Assembly: GCA_903860995.1 (NCBI GenBank)
Contig: CAIOSS010000681.1
Span: 1 to 32,015 of the forward strand
Source of the DNA: an uncultured delta proteobacterium
GTDB lineage: Bacteria; Myxococcota_A; Polyangia; Polyangiales; Ga0077539
Direction: 5' to 3'
DNA length: 32,015 bases
The notes beneath the pieces are model-generated. The model had not been told where the DNA came from and ran no database searches. It saw only the letters and a program-made list of their open reading frames with translations. The position numbers and the translations under genes are program-made. Positions within the stretch are counted from its first letter, which is position 1; every line of letters starts with the position of its first letter. Of the stretch, positions 17,174 to 26,983 are shown in pieces.

Positions 17174-17312
17174 AAGCCGTCGGAAGTGCCGGTGCAGCCC
17201 GCGGTGATATCGCGGTGACATAGACCGCGACGAAGTCGCCCGGCTATGTCTTCGATGCCGCCCCGCAGCCGCAGGGGCGCATTCGTCTCCCTCTGCACCC
17301 GAGAACATCACC

Positions 17313-17837
17313 ATGAAGCGCACCGCCCTCCTCCTTGGCACCCTCCTCCTCGGAGCGTGCTCATCCGACAACTCCACGCCCACGACCGCCGACGCGGCAT
17401 CCGCGAACACCGACGCGCCTCCCGGTCGTTGCACCGCGCGGCTGGTTCGACTGCGCACGGGCCCCGACTCGGCGTGCGGCGGCCAGAGCGCCCACTACTG
17501 GCCCATCGGCCTCGCCGCCACCGACTGCCATGGCTGGCGCGCCCTCGACACCGGCGGCCGCTCGCACGACAACTCCGCCAACACGATCCGCTGCAACGCC
17601 GACGGGTCGTTCTCGTTCATGCAGTTTGCGGGCAACCTCAACTGCACGGGCACCGGCACCGTGAAAACCTATCGGCTCAACATGTGCGCGCAGGACACCC
17701 CTCCGTCGCTCTACACCGTGGCCGACGACCTCACCTGCTGCAGCGCCCCCGACAGCGCCGCGTGCACCACGGGCAACCCCTCGGTGAGCGTGGCCGGGGC
17801 GACGATCTACCTCAACGGCACTACCTGCGCGAACTGA
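17313..17837 (+). CDS. Small Cys-rich lipoprotein
   Basis: MKRTALLLGTLLLGAC lipobox; similar to 19685-20125. Confidence 0.85.
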   Translation: MKRTALLLGTLLLGACSSDNSTPTTADAASANTDAPPGRCTARLVRLRTGPDSACGGQSAHYWPIGLAATDCHGWRALDTGGRSHDNSANTIRCNADGSFSFMQFAGNLNCTGTGTVKTYRLNMCAQDTPPSLYTVADDLTCCSAPDSAACTTGNPSVSVAGATIYLNGTTCAN

Positions 17838-17850
17838 CCACGGGCGTTGT

Positions 17851-19551
17851 TTAGCGAGCGAGCGCGGCCCCGAAGCCAGGGGTCGCGTCGTCGAAGGTGA
17901 CATCGGGCGCAGGGCCCGGACCTCGGCCCAGGCGACCGAAATACACATGCACTCTCCCCGGTTGGGGCGATCGTGGAGAGGTCACCGCGAGGTCGGGAAG
18001 GCCGTCGCCGTTGACGTCTCCCGGCCCCGCGACCGCCGCGCCGAAGGCCACCTCGCCCATCGGCGGCAACGCCACGCCCACAGGCATCTCGAAGCGCGGC
18101 AACTCCGTCTCCGGGAGCGTCGTCGGCGATGACCCCGGCGGGCTCGCGCGACCGAAGAACACCGCGCCGCAGTGGCCCGCGATGAGGCTCGCGACGTCGT
18201 CGAGGCCGTCACCGTTGATGTCACCCAGGGGCGTGGTGGCGGCCTCGAGGCTCATGAGCGCCCCCGCCGGGAGCACGCACGGCAAGGGGTTCGGCTGCGC
18301 GCTCGCCCACCCGCCGACCCCGCGCGTCGCAGGCCCTCGCAGCACGAGCGAACTGCCCGCGGCGAGCCCCCCGAGCAGCAGGTCGGCGACGCCGTCGCCG
18401 TCGATGTCTCCCGCGGGATAGAGCCTGCGCCCGGCGCTCGCGAGCCCGACGCGCGTGGACTTGATCGCCCCGAAGACACCGCTCGGAGATCCTGCAAAGA
18501 CCATCACGAAGCCGCGGCCGGCGTTGGTCGGGTCGCCGGGATCGGTGTAACCCGGTAGTCCTACCGCGAGGTCGGTGTACCCGTCGCCGTCGCGGTCGCC
18601 CGCGCTCGCGAGCGCCATCGTGGGCTCGCGGCTCGACCCCGCCCCCAGCAGCGCGCCCGTCGGCCGCGCGGGCGTCCCCGTCGCAGCGCCGTGAAAGATC
18701 AAAACCCGCGTGTGCGTCGCGGTTTGCGACGACACGGCGATGTCGCCGTAGCCATCGCCGTCGAGGTCGCCCACGCCCGCCGCCGCGGCGCCGAGCACCT
18801 CGTCGGGCTGCGTGGCGGTGAGCGTCACGTGGCGGGTGTAGCGCCCGCTCGCATCGGCAAAGAGCACGTACACCCGCGACGGCAGGTCGGTGACCATCAC
18901 CTCCTGTCGCCCGTCGTCGTCGGTGTCGCCTGCGACGGCGACCGCCTCGGCGAAGCGAGGCCCCGCCCCGTCGGGCGCGAAGGTCACCGCCCGGGTGCCC
19001 GTCCGTGGATCTACGATCACAAAGGCACCGCGCGCCGCGCCGACCGTCGCCGCGGGGAGCGGCGCGCCGACGAGAAGCTCCGTCTGCCCGTCGCCGTCGA
19101 GGTCAGGCAGCGCACGATCGCCCGCGGTGATCGAGCCTGGCGCACGGGCGCTGGGCACTTCGAACCACCGCGGCGTCGTCGCCATCGCGCCGCGCGCGAG
19201 CGACCACCAGTAGCGCCCCGGAGCCATGGGCGTAGGAGCGGTCCACGCGCAGAAGCGCACGCCGCGCACGAAGGGGCCGGTCTCCTCGCGCGCCGCGTCG
19301 CCCGCGGGACAATCCCGCGTGCGGCAGATGCGCAGCGTCGCCGTGCAGCCCTGGTCGTCGATCCACGTGAGCTTCGGTCGCGCCGCGCTGAGCAGGGTGG
19401 CGGTCGGCGGTTGCACTGCCGCGAGGGGCCGCAAAGCAGGTCGCGGCGGTGCGTCGATGGAGGCGTCCGCGGAGGCGGGGCGAAGGGTCCAGCTGTCAGG
19501 TACGCAGCCCAGCACGACCGTCAACAGCACCGGACTCAAGACGACCTTCAC
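17851..19551 (-). CDS. FG-GAP repeat (integrin-alpha-like propeller) lipoprotein
   Basis: VVLGC lipobox; repeated GDxDGDGxxD and FGAAVAG motifs. Confidence 0.88.
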   Translation of the reverse strand: MKVVLSPVLLTVVLGCVPDSWTLRPASADASIDAPPRPALRPLAAVQPPTATLLSAARPKLTWIDDQGCTATLRICRTRDCPAGDAAREETGPFVRGVRFCAWTAPTPMAPGRYWWSLARGAMATTPRWFEVPSARAPGSITAGDRALPDLDGDGQTELLVGAPLPAATVGAARGAFVIVDPRTGTRAVTFAPDGAGPRFAEAVAVAGDTDDDGRQEVMVTDLPSRVYVLFADASGRYTRHVTLTATQPDEVLGAAAAGVGDLDGDGYGDIAVSSQTATHTRVLIFHGAATGTPARPTGALLGAGSSREPTMALASAGDRDGDGYTDLAVGLPGYTDPGDPTNAGRGFVMVFAGSPSGVFGAIKSTRVGLASAGRRLYPAGDIDGDGVADLLLGGLAAGSSLVLRGPATRGVGGWASAQPNPLPCVLPAGALMSLEAATTPLGDINGDGLDDVASLIAGHCGAVFFGRASPPGSSPTTLPETELPRFEMPVGVALPPMGEVAFGAAVAGPGDVNGDGLPDLAVTSPRSPQPGRVHVYFGRLGRGPGPAPDVTFDDATPGFGAALAR

Positions 19552-19684
19552 TGCGCGGCACCTTCTCAGGTCGGTGCGAGAACTTCCACTGGCAACACCA
19601 CCCGGTGCGAGCGGTCACTCTCCCGCCGGGGCTGCTGGGCATCGGATCACCGCCCAGGGCGCCCTTCCGCGCAGGTCCGCGGGG

Positions 19685-20125
19685 CTACATGCACCCGCTG
19701 AAGTCCGTGATGCGGCCCCAGGTGCCCGGCGGCGTGTCCTCCGTACAGTCGGTGAGGGTGTACGCCTTGACGACACCGGCGGGGTTCGTGCCGCCGCTGC
19801 ACGTCAGCGAGGTCCACTGGGTGTACGTGAACGTGCTCGCGCCGCAGGTGAAGCGGCTGCTCGAGTTTTCGTGGCCTGCTCCAGTGGTGCTCGAATGGCA
19901 ACAGGTGCTCCCGTAGTGAACCGGGAGCCGCTGCGAGGCGACCATGGTCCCCGTGCAGGAAGCGTTGCGCCAGCGACCGATGGTGACCCAGCGCTCGAGC
20001 GCGGCGTCGCAGGTCCCCGCGGTGCCGCTGTCAGCTCCGCCGGTGACGCTGTCTGTAGAACATCCCGCCAGCTGCGAGGCCGATAGAAAAAGGCATACAG
20101 AGATCGCGCGGGAGTGGGTATTCAT
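19685..20125 (-). CDS. Small Cys-rich lipoprotein
   Basis: LAGC lipobox; HENSS..C...C.G...VKAY.L..C.EDTPP is shared with 17313-17837. Confidence 0.8.
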   Translation of the reverse strand: MNTHSRAISVCLFLSASQLAGCSTDSVTGGADSGTAGTCDAALERWVTIGRWRNASCTGTMVASQRLPVHYGSTCCHSSTTGAGHENSSSRFTCGASTFTYTQWTSLTCSGGTNPAGVVKAYTLTDCTEDTPPGTWGRITDFSGCM

Positions 20126-20230
20126 GACTTCTTCCTGGTGCCAACGGCACCCGTCGAAAGATGCTGACTGTAATGTATCCGATACACCTTGAATGGCCTG
20201 TACCGAGAACCTCCTGGCACTCGCCCGCCG

Positions 20231-23200
20231 CTACCGGACCACGGCAGCGCCGAACTCGTCACTCACGGCGCTGCCGCTGCCGAGCGTGGCCGACACCGAC
20301 GACGTGGGAAAGCCCGTCGGGCTCGACATGTACAGGTACGCGCGCGACCGACCCGGGGCTCCCACCAGGATGTCTGCATAGTTGTCTCCATTGACATCGC
20401 CTACGCCTCCTACGCTGGCGCCATAGTCGACGTCCTGCTCGCTGACCTCATGGGTCCACCATGCAGTCTCAGAGATGCCACTCGGCATTCCGCGGTAGAT
20501 GTTCACCCGTCCCCCTGTCCGGATCCACTCAGGCGCCGAGAAAGTCCGCGTGTCCTTGGTTCCCACCACAATGTCAGCATAACCGTCTGCGTCGAGATCC
20601 CCGGCTCCTGCCACAAATGACCCATGCTCATACAGAGACGTCCCTCCCTGGTCTATCATACTCTGAGGATAGGACAATAGGCCGGAAGTCCCACCTAGAT
20701 ATAAACTAAAATAGGGAATGTTGTAGCCAATAGTAGCATAAGCGCTCATCAGGACATCTGCGTAGCCATCGCCGTTGACGTCGCCGGCTCCGGCCACCGA
20801 ATAGCCGAAAAAATCAGATGCACCGCAGTATCTGTTGGGGGAGAACTGCAGGCCTGTCATGCTTCCAAGATAGAGGACAACTCTTCCGGAATTGCCGCGC
20901 CCGGTACCACAATCATCTAGATATGTGCCGATCAAGATATCGTCGAAGCCGTCTCCGTTGACGTCTCCCGCCCCGGCCACCGAGAGTCCGAAACCGAGGT
21001 AATCCTGGCTCAGGCGGTACCCGGCGGTATTCGGAAGCCCCGTCGCGCTCCCCACGTAGATGTTGGCGACCTGAGCCGCAGAACGGCCAACAATGATGTC
21101 CGCGTAGCCGTCACCGTTGACGTCGCCCGCGCTTGCGACGCTGTCGCCCGTGGTGATCGTCGTGGCAGGGCTCGCTGGCAGGGTTCCGCTTCTTCCGAGA
21201 TAGATGAGTGTTTGGCTAGTGGCCAGTACCGCAAGGTCGCCATAGCCGTCGCCGTTGACATCGCCCGCGCTGGCCACCGAAGAGCCAAAGCGAGAGAGCC
21301 CCGTAGGTGGGTGGAGGGTGACCGAGGGAGTTGTCGAGATGCCTGACGCGCTGCCAAGGTACACCGTGACGCGCCCCCCTCCCGCGTAGCCAGGCGCGCC
21401 CACCGCCACGTCGGAGTAGCCGTCGCCGTTGACGTCGAGCGTGGTCCCGCCGCTGGTGTTCACGGGTGCGCTGCGGTGACCCACCCGAAACCACCACGCG
21501 GGCGAGTAGCCGGTGCTGAAGCGACCCGTGTTGGTGCGCCCGCGCAGACGCCACCAGTGGATCCCTGGTGTGAGGGTGAGTCCCACGGTGACCGTGCCGC
21601 CCTCGGCGTCCTGGCTCCATTCCACGTTGCCGCAGGTTCGCGTGGAGCAGACCTGAACGCGCGCAAGGTCAATGCCGCGAGGCATCGCCCACCGCAGAAG
21701 CGGTGTTTGCGAGCTTACCGTCGCCATCGCGAGCGGCCTGATCGCCCGCGGCGTGGGGATCTGCGAGCAGCCGTTGGCAGGATTGCCATCCAGGTAGTCG
21801 TATCCCGAAGAGCAGGTCGTACTGGCATTGACGCAAGTCCCTGCCGTGCAGACCTGATCGGCGAGGCAGGTGTTGCCGCAGGTCCCGCAGTTGTATGGGT
21901 CTAGAGAGAGGTTACGGCACGTCCCTGCGCAACCCGTGGTGCCCGCCGCCGAGCACGACACTGCACATGCTCCCCCCTGGCACACCCGGCCCGCGGGGCA
22001 CACCACGCCGCACCCGCCGCAGTGGTTCACGTCGTTCACCAGGTCGCGACACACCCCCGTGCAGGTCGCCATGCCGCTCCCGGTACAGGCCGCGCACGCG
22101 CCGTTCGTGCAACTCTGATCCGTCGGGCACACCCGACCGCACGCGCCGCAGTTGGAGCGATCCGTGAGGAGGTTCACCTCGCAGCCGTTGGTGCCCGTCG
22201 CGTCACAGTTGGCGTAGCCCGCGGAGCAGGTTCCGCCGGAGCAAACGCCGATCCGGCAAGCGGCTGTGGCGTGCGCGGAGGCAGGGCACACATTTCCGCA
22301 GGCACCGCAGTGTTGAGTGTGGGTTTCGAGCCGCACTTCGCAGCCGTTGGCCGCGTCGCCGTCGCAGTCGGCGTAGCCTGTACGGCAGATCGCAAAGGAG
22401 CGCAGGACCTCTGCGTTGGGGGGGGTTGCAGCCCCGCGGTACACCGTCGCGCGCCGTGCAGTGCCCGCCGAAGTGCTCTGGTCGAAGAGCACGAAGTCGG
22501 TGTACCCGTCGCCGTTGACGTCGCCGAGCGCATCCCCGCTGCGAAACTCTGCAGTTGTGGCCTGGAAAGAGAAAAGGTAAGTGCCGGACGGTCGTCCTGG
22601 CGCGATGGAGACAATGTTGCTCCGGACCCCGCCGAGGTCGGCAAAGCCGTCACGGTTTACGTCCCCCGCGGAGAAGCCCTGAGGTCCGTTGTAGAAGTCG
22701 TGTGGGGAACTCCCGGGAATTCCGGTCGCAGACCCGTACCAGGTTCGCGTTTCGCCGCGGTCGGAGGGGGCAACGTCGCAGTAGCCGTCTCCGTTGAAGT
22801 CCGCCATGGCCACCGTTTGGCCAAAGAAGTCTTCTGTGGTGGAGAAGCTGAGCGTGCGATGGACCGTCGCACTGATCCCGGCGGAGCCGCCGAGATAGAT
22901 CCTGACCATCCCATAGGCATGATTGCGCGGGACGCCGACGCTGAGGTCTGCGTAGCCGTCGCCGTTGACATCGCCCGCGGCCAGTCCGGCGCCGAAGTTG
23001 TCGTCATTGGTATCAGAGGAGGTCCCGTTCAGGGTGCGCGCAGGGCTGGTCGAGAGGCCCGTGGCCGAGCCGTGATAGATCCGAACCGTTCCGCTCAAGG
23101 TCGTGCCGCGACCCGACACGGCCACGTCGGCGTAGCCGTCGCGGTTGGCGTCGCCGATGCCCTGCACCTGCTGGCCGTAGTGCATGGTGGTGTCCGAGAG

Positions 23201-24883
23201 AACATCGCCCTCTACGGTCCATGTCGGCGTCGTGGCGAGACCCGTGGCGCTCCCGAGATAGACCTCGGCCCGCCCCCGCTCTCCATTGGAGTCCGGCGCG
23301 CCCACGATCAGGTCGCCGAAGCCGTCACCGTTGGTGTCTCCCGCGCTCGCCACCCACGAGCCGAATTTGTCTCGCAGCCCAGCGCTCGTCAGCGTTGTGG
23401 TCGGCGTCGCAGCGAGGCCCCCGGAGCCTCCGAGATACACTTGCACGACGCCGCGATCGTAGGCGTACTCCTCGGCCCCGATGGCAAGATCGCCGTACCC
23501 GTCACCGTTGACGTCGAGCGTCGCCCCGTTGCTGCTATCGACCGCGAGGGAGGTTCGGGCCCCGACACGGAAGTTCCACACGGGGGAGTAGCGCGTGCCG
23601 ACGCGCCCGGAGGCGGTACGCCCCGCGAGGCGCCAGAAGTGAATTCCGGTCGTGAGCGGCGCGGGAACCGTCGAGCTCCCCGATGTCACCGAGAGCGTCT
23701 GCTCCACCGACGCGCAGGCCCGGTCGGCGCAGATCTGCACCTGTGCGCCCGTCGTGAGGGATGCCAGCAGCCAGGTGAGGCGTGGGGCCTGCCGCGTGGT
23801 GGTCGCGGTCGAGAGCGGCGCGACGGGCCTCGGCGGAAGGATTCGCTCGCAGCCGTTGGCTTCGTTGCCGTCGAGGTTCTCGTAACCGGTGGGACAGGTC
23901 ACGGCAGGGCCGACACAAACCACGCCCATGCAGGTCTGACCGTCCCAACAGGCACGGTCGCAGGCGCCGCAGTTGAGGCGGTCGTTGTAGGCGTACAGTT
24001 CGCAGCCGTTGGCCGCGTCGCCGTCGCAATTGGCCCAGTAATTTAAGCATTGGCCGACGCCGCAACGGCCTCCGGAGCACCCGGCGGTGGCATGCGGAGG
24101 GACGGGGCACACGATGCCGCACGCGCCGCAGTTGGAGAGACCCGTGAGGAGGCTCACCTCGCAGCCGTTCCGATTGCTTTGGTCGCAGTCGGCCCAGTCG
24201 TCCTGGCAGCCCGTCCATATGCAGTCATAGAAACATGACAGCCCCCAATCCACGTGGCTGCGGTCCGTGCAGATTGCGTCGCAGTAGTGGCTCCGCGTGC
24301 CGCAGTCGACGCCGGGGGTTTCGCAGGAGACGCAGGCGCCTGCGAGGCATCCCTGAGCCGCGGGGCACACGTTGCCGCAGGCGCCGCAGTGCGAGGCGCT
24401 CCTGGCCGTGTCGATGCATCGCCCGCCGCACGCCGCGAGAGGTGACGGACACGTCGCACGACAAGCGCCCGCGACGCAGAAGGGCTCGGTGGCACTGCAC
24501 GAGACGCCACATGCAGCGCAGTTCGCGGGGTCGCCGGTGAGGTCGACGCAGGTTCCGCCGCAGAGCGTACGGTCGCTCGGGCACGCGCAGGCTCCCGCGG
24601 AGCACGTCTGCGTGGCCGGGCACGCCGCCTCGCATGCGCCGCAGTGGAGCGCATCGCGCGTGAGGTCGGTGCAGACGCCCTCGCAGCGCACCTGACCGGG
24701 GCCACATGCGGCAGCCTCGGCCGAAAGGGCGTCGAAGGTGACATCCACAAGCACCGCGTCGTCGGGCGCAACGCCCTCGGCGGTGGCGTCCATCGGCGCG
24801 AGGCCCTCGCTGGCACAACCGAGGGCCAGAACGGCGGCGACGGTCAAGCGCCAGAGCGAGAAAGAAGATGCGGATCGTTGCAT
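20231..24883 (-). CDS. Large (~1550 aa) Cys-rich / double FG-GAP propeller lipoprotein
   Basis: LALGC lipobox with GAGG RBS before ATG 24883. Many CxDL..D..HCGACG..C and CDG..ANGCE repeats, and two blocks of GDVNGDGYAD repeats. Confidence 0.9.
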   Translation of the reverse strand: MQRSASSFSLWRLTVAAVLALGCASEGLAPMDATAEGVAPDDAVLVDVTFDALSAEAAACGPGQVRCEGVCTDLTRDALHCGACEAACPATQTCSAGACACPSDRTLCGGTCVDLTGDPANCAACGVSCSATEPFCVAGACRATCPSPLAACGGRCIDTARSASHCGACGNVCPAAQGCLAGACVSCETPGVDCGTRSHYCDAICTDRSHVDWGLSCFYDCIWTGCQDDWADCDQSNRNGCEVSLLTGLSNCGACGIVCPVPPHATAGCSGGRCGVGQCLNYWANCDGDAANGCELYAYNDRLNCGACDRACWDGQTCMGVVCVGPAVTCPTGYENLDGNEANGCERILPPRPVAPLSTATTTRQAPRLTWLLASLTTGAQVQICADRACASVEQTLSVTSGSSTVPAPLTTGIHFWRLAGRTASGRVGTRYSPVWNFRVGARTSLAVDSSNGATLDVNGDGYGDLAIGAEEYAYDRGVVQVYLGGSGGLAATPTTTLTSAGLRDKFGSWVASAGDTNGDGFGDLIVGAPDSNGERGRAEVYLGSATGLATTPTWTVEGDVLSDTTMHYGQQVQGIGDANRDGYADVAVSGRGTTLSGTVRIYHGSATGLSTSPARTLNGTSSDTNDDNFGAGLAAGDVNGDGYADLSVGVPRNHAYGMVRIYLGGSAGISATVHRTLSFSTTEDFFGQTVAMADFNGDGYCDVAPSDRGETRTWYGSATGIPGSSPHDFYNGPQGFSAGDVNRDGFADLGGVRSNIVSIAPGRPSGTYLFSFQATTAEFRSGDALGDVNGDGYTDFVLFDQSTSAGTARRATVYRGAATPPNAEVLRSFAICRTGYADCDGDAANGCEVRLETHTQHCGACGNVCPASAHATAACRIGVCSGGTCSAGYANCDATGTNGCEVNLLTDRSNCGACGRVCPTDQSCTNGACAACTGSGMATCTGVCRDLVNDVNHCGGCGVVCPAGRVCQGGACAVSCSAAGTTGCAGTCRNLSLDPYNCGTCGNTCLADQVCTAGTCVNASTTCSSGYDYLDGNPANGCSQIPTPRAIRPLAMATVSSQTPLLRWAMPRGIDLARVQVCSTRTCGNVEWSQDAEGGTVTVGLTLTPGIHWWRLRGRTNTGRFSTGYSPAWWFRVGHRSAPVNTSGGTTLDVNGDGYSDVAVGAPGYAGGGRVTVYLGSASGISTTPSVTLHPPTGLSRFGSSVASAGDVNGDGYGDLAVLATSQTLIYLGRSGTLPASPATTITTGDSVASAGDVNGDGYADIIVGRSAAQVANIYVGSATGLPNTAGYRLSQDYLGFGLSVAGAGDVNGDGFDDILIGTYLDDCGTGRGNSGRVVLYLGSMTGLQFSPNRYCGASDFFGYSVAGAGDVNGDGYADVLMSAYATIGYNIPYFSLYLGGTSGLLSYPQSMIDQGGTSLYEHGSFVAGAGDLDADGYADIVVGTKDTRTFSAPEWIRTGGRVNIYRGMPSGISETAWWTHEVSEQDVDYGASVGGVGDVNGDNYADILVGAPGRSRAYLYMSSPTGFPTSSVSATLGSGSAVSDEFGAAVVR

Positions 24884-25018
24884 GAGCACCTCGGTGAGGC
24901 CCTGGTTGCGGTCCGCGGCAAAACCCTGTTGGGGTGCCGCGCCACGGAGAGGCTGAGCGAGGTAAGCCAGCGCCGTCGCCGACGGCAATGTCGCGCCGAT
25001 ATCACCGGCGCGGTGCCA

Positions 25019-26983
25019 TCACGGCGCGGGTGCCACGCCCGCCTGGCGGGCAGCGCGCACGTCCACAGTGTTGAAGTACTCCGCCGTCAGCGGGATCGAC
25101 GCGAGCTGCTGGCGGCCGGCGTTGAAGGCGACCTCGAAGGGCTGCGACTCGAGCAGCGTGGTTTCGAGAGGCCAGAGCACCGCGGCGCCCGCGCTCGCGG
25201 GGCGAGAGCGCAGCGCGACGAGGGCGTGGGTGTTGGTGTAGACGAGCACGGGATCGAGGCCGAGGCGCTCGAGGAGGCTCGCGAAGAGAAACGCGCCCTC
25301 GATGCAGTTGCCGGTGCGGGTGGCGAGCACCTCCGCGGGCGTGCGGAGGTGTTGCGCGCCGGCGTAGAAGCTGGCCGAGATGTCGGTGTAGGTGATGCCC
25401 CGTGTGCGAAGGGCGTCGTACACGGCGCGCAGGGCGTCTTCGGCGACGTCTTCACGCGAGTTCGAGCGCGTCCAGGCGACACGTACAGCGGCGGAACCGG
25501 GCGCGTTGAGCACGAGCACGTACCAGCCGCCGCTCGTCGAGGTGAAGCTCTGCGTCGCGCCCTGCTCGCTCGCGGGCCACGCCTGCGCGGCGACGCCCGA
25601 GCGATCGCTCTGCCATGCCGCGTAGGCGCTCGCCCGAAAGAGCGCCACGTCCACGGAGCGTGCGCCGTCGATCGCCCCGACCTCGAGCGCCAGCGTTTCG
25701 CCGGGCTCGAGATAGACGTTTTCGTAGGCGTAGCTCCCCGGCGCAATGGCATGGCTTCGGGGGCGGCGCGGCCGCTCGTAGCCGTGCAGTGCGCCGGGCC
25801 ACGCACTTCTCGCTTCGACAGCGGCCTGGAGGGAGACCACCGAGGGGTCGTCGGGGCGCACGAAGACCGCGCTGAGCGCGTCCATCGCCGGCTGCGAGAC
25901 ATGGTCGCTCGGGGGCCCCCACACGATGTCGCCCGCGGGCAGCAGGTCGAGCGCGAGGTAATCGCTGAGCGTAAACCCCGCGCCGATCATCTCGACGCTG
26001 TAGGTCACCTGCCCGCGCGTCGCCTCGGTGAGCGCCCGGACACGCGCGGCGGAGAAGGTCGGGCTCACGCACGCGCGGGTGGTTCCCGTGGCGGGCACGG
26101 CGACGCTACGCACGGCCGCCGCGTCGGTGTACCCTGGCACATCGACGGTGATGCGGGCAGTGTGGGGCGCGCCGTCGAGGCTCGCGAGGGTGAAGCACGC
26201 GACCTCCATCTCGATCGGGTGTCGCACGGTGGCGCTGCCGATGAGGTGCGAGAGGTACAACGGGAGCGAGCGCGAGCCGAGCGCGGGCGGACGCACGACA
26301 GGGTGCGTCACGCTGACGTTGAAGGGGAGGGCGGCGCTCAGGCAGTTGCGACGGAAGCACATGCTCCCGGAAGGGCAGGCGCGGCCGCAGGCCCCGCAGT
26401 GGGCGGGGTCCGACGCGGTGAGCACGCAGGCCCCGCCGCACGACGTCTGCGGGGCTTCGCAGCTCGGCGCACAGCGCCCCGTGAGGCACGTTTCACCCGC
26501 GGCGCAGGCCCGGCCACACGCGCCGCAGTGGGCCTGATCGCTCGTGGTGTCGACGCAGCGGTCCGCGCAGAACACCCGCGCCTCTGTGCAGCCGCCGCCG
26601 CACGAGCCGTCGTTGCACCACTGTCCCGCGCCGCACGCGCGACCGCAGGCCCCGCAGTGCGCGGGGTCGCTCTGGAGGTTCACGCAGCGACCGCAGTGGG
26701 TGAGCCCTTCGGCGCAGTGGGCGTCGGCGATCTCGCCCAGCACGGCAGGGCTGCCGTCGGACGGTACCGAGGCGTCGAGGCTGCCGTCACACCGACACGC
26801 CAGGAGCGCCGTGCTCGTCGCGTTGCACACCTGCGTACCCACACGACCATTCGTGCATGTACACGGACGTTCGACATCGGCCGGGCAGGCCGAGGGCGCG
26901 GGGTCGGAGCATCCGAGGGTGGCGCAGAACCACAGCCCGAGCGCCAGGGAGGCGAGCCGAAAGGCGAAGGTGGCGGTTTTCAT
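25019..26983 (-). CDS. Cys-rich lipoprotein with a C-terminal transglutaminase-like domain
   Basis: ATG 26983 overlaps the upstream stop (ATGA). TLGC lipobox, HCGACG repeats, and TGNCIEG...THALV...PLETT (Cys-His-acid). Confidence 0.85.
   Translation of the reverse strand: MKTATFAFRLASLALGLWFCATLGCSDPAPSACPADVERPCTCTNGRVGTQVCNATSTALLACRCDGSLDASVPSDGSPAVLGEIADAHCAEGLTHCGRCVNLQSDPAHCGACGRACGAGQWCNDGSCGGGCTEARVFCADRCVDTTSDQAHCGACGRACAAGETCLTGRCAPSCEAPQTSCGGACVLTASDPAHCGACGRACPSGSMCFRRNCLSAALPFNVSVTHPVVRPPALGSRSLPLYLSHLIGSATVRHPIEMEVACFTLASLDGAPHTARITVDVPGYTDAAAVRSVAVPATGTTRACVSPTFSAARVRALTEATRGQVTYSVEMIGAGFTLSDYLALDLLPAGDIVWGPPSDHVSQPAMDALSAVFVRPDDPSVVSLQAAVEARSAWPGALHGYERPRRPRSHAIAPGSYAYENVYLEPGETLALEVGAIDGARSVDVALFRASAYAAWQSDRSGVAAQAWPASEQGATQSFTSTSGGWYVLVLNAPGSAAVRVAWTRSNSREDVAEDALRAVYDALRTRGITYTDISASFYAGAQHLRTPAEVLATRTGNCIEGAFLFASLLERLGLDPVLVYTNTHALVALRSRPASAGAAVLWPLETTLLESQPFEVAFNAGRQQLASIPLTAEYFNTVDVRAARQAGVAPAP

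Noticed and set aside
20400-21250. Diversity-generating retroelement variable region
   Set aside because: No reverse transcriptase and no template/variable repeat pair with adenine-specific differences in the window.
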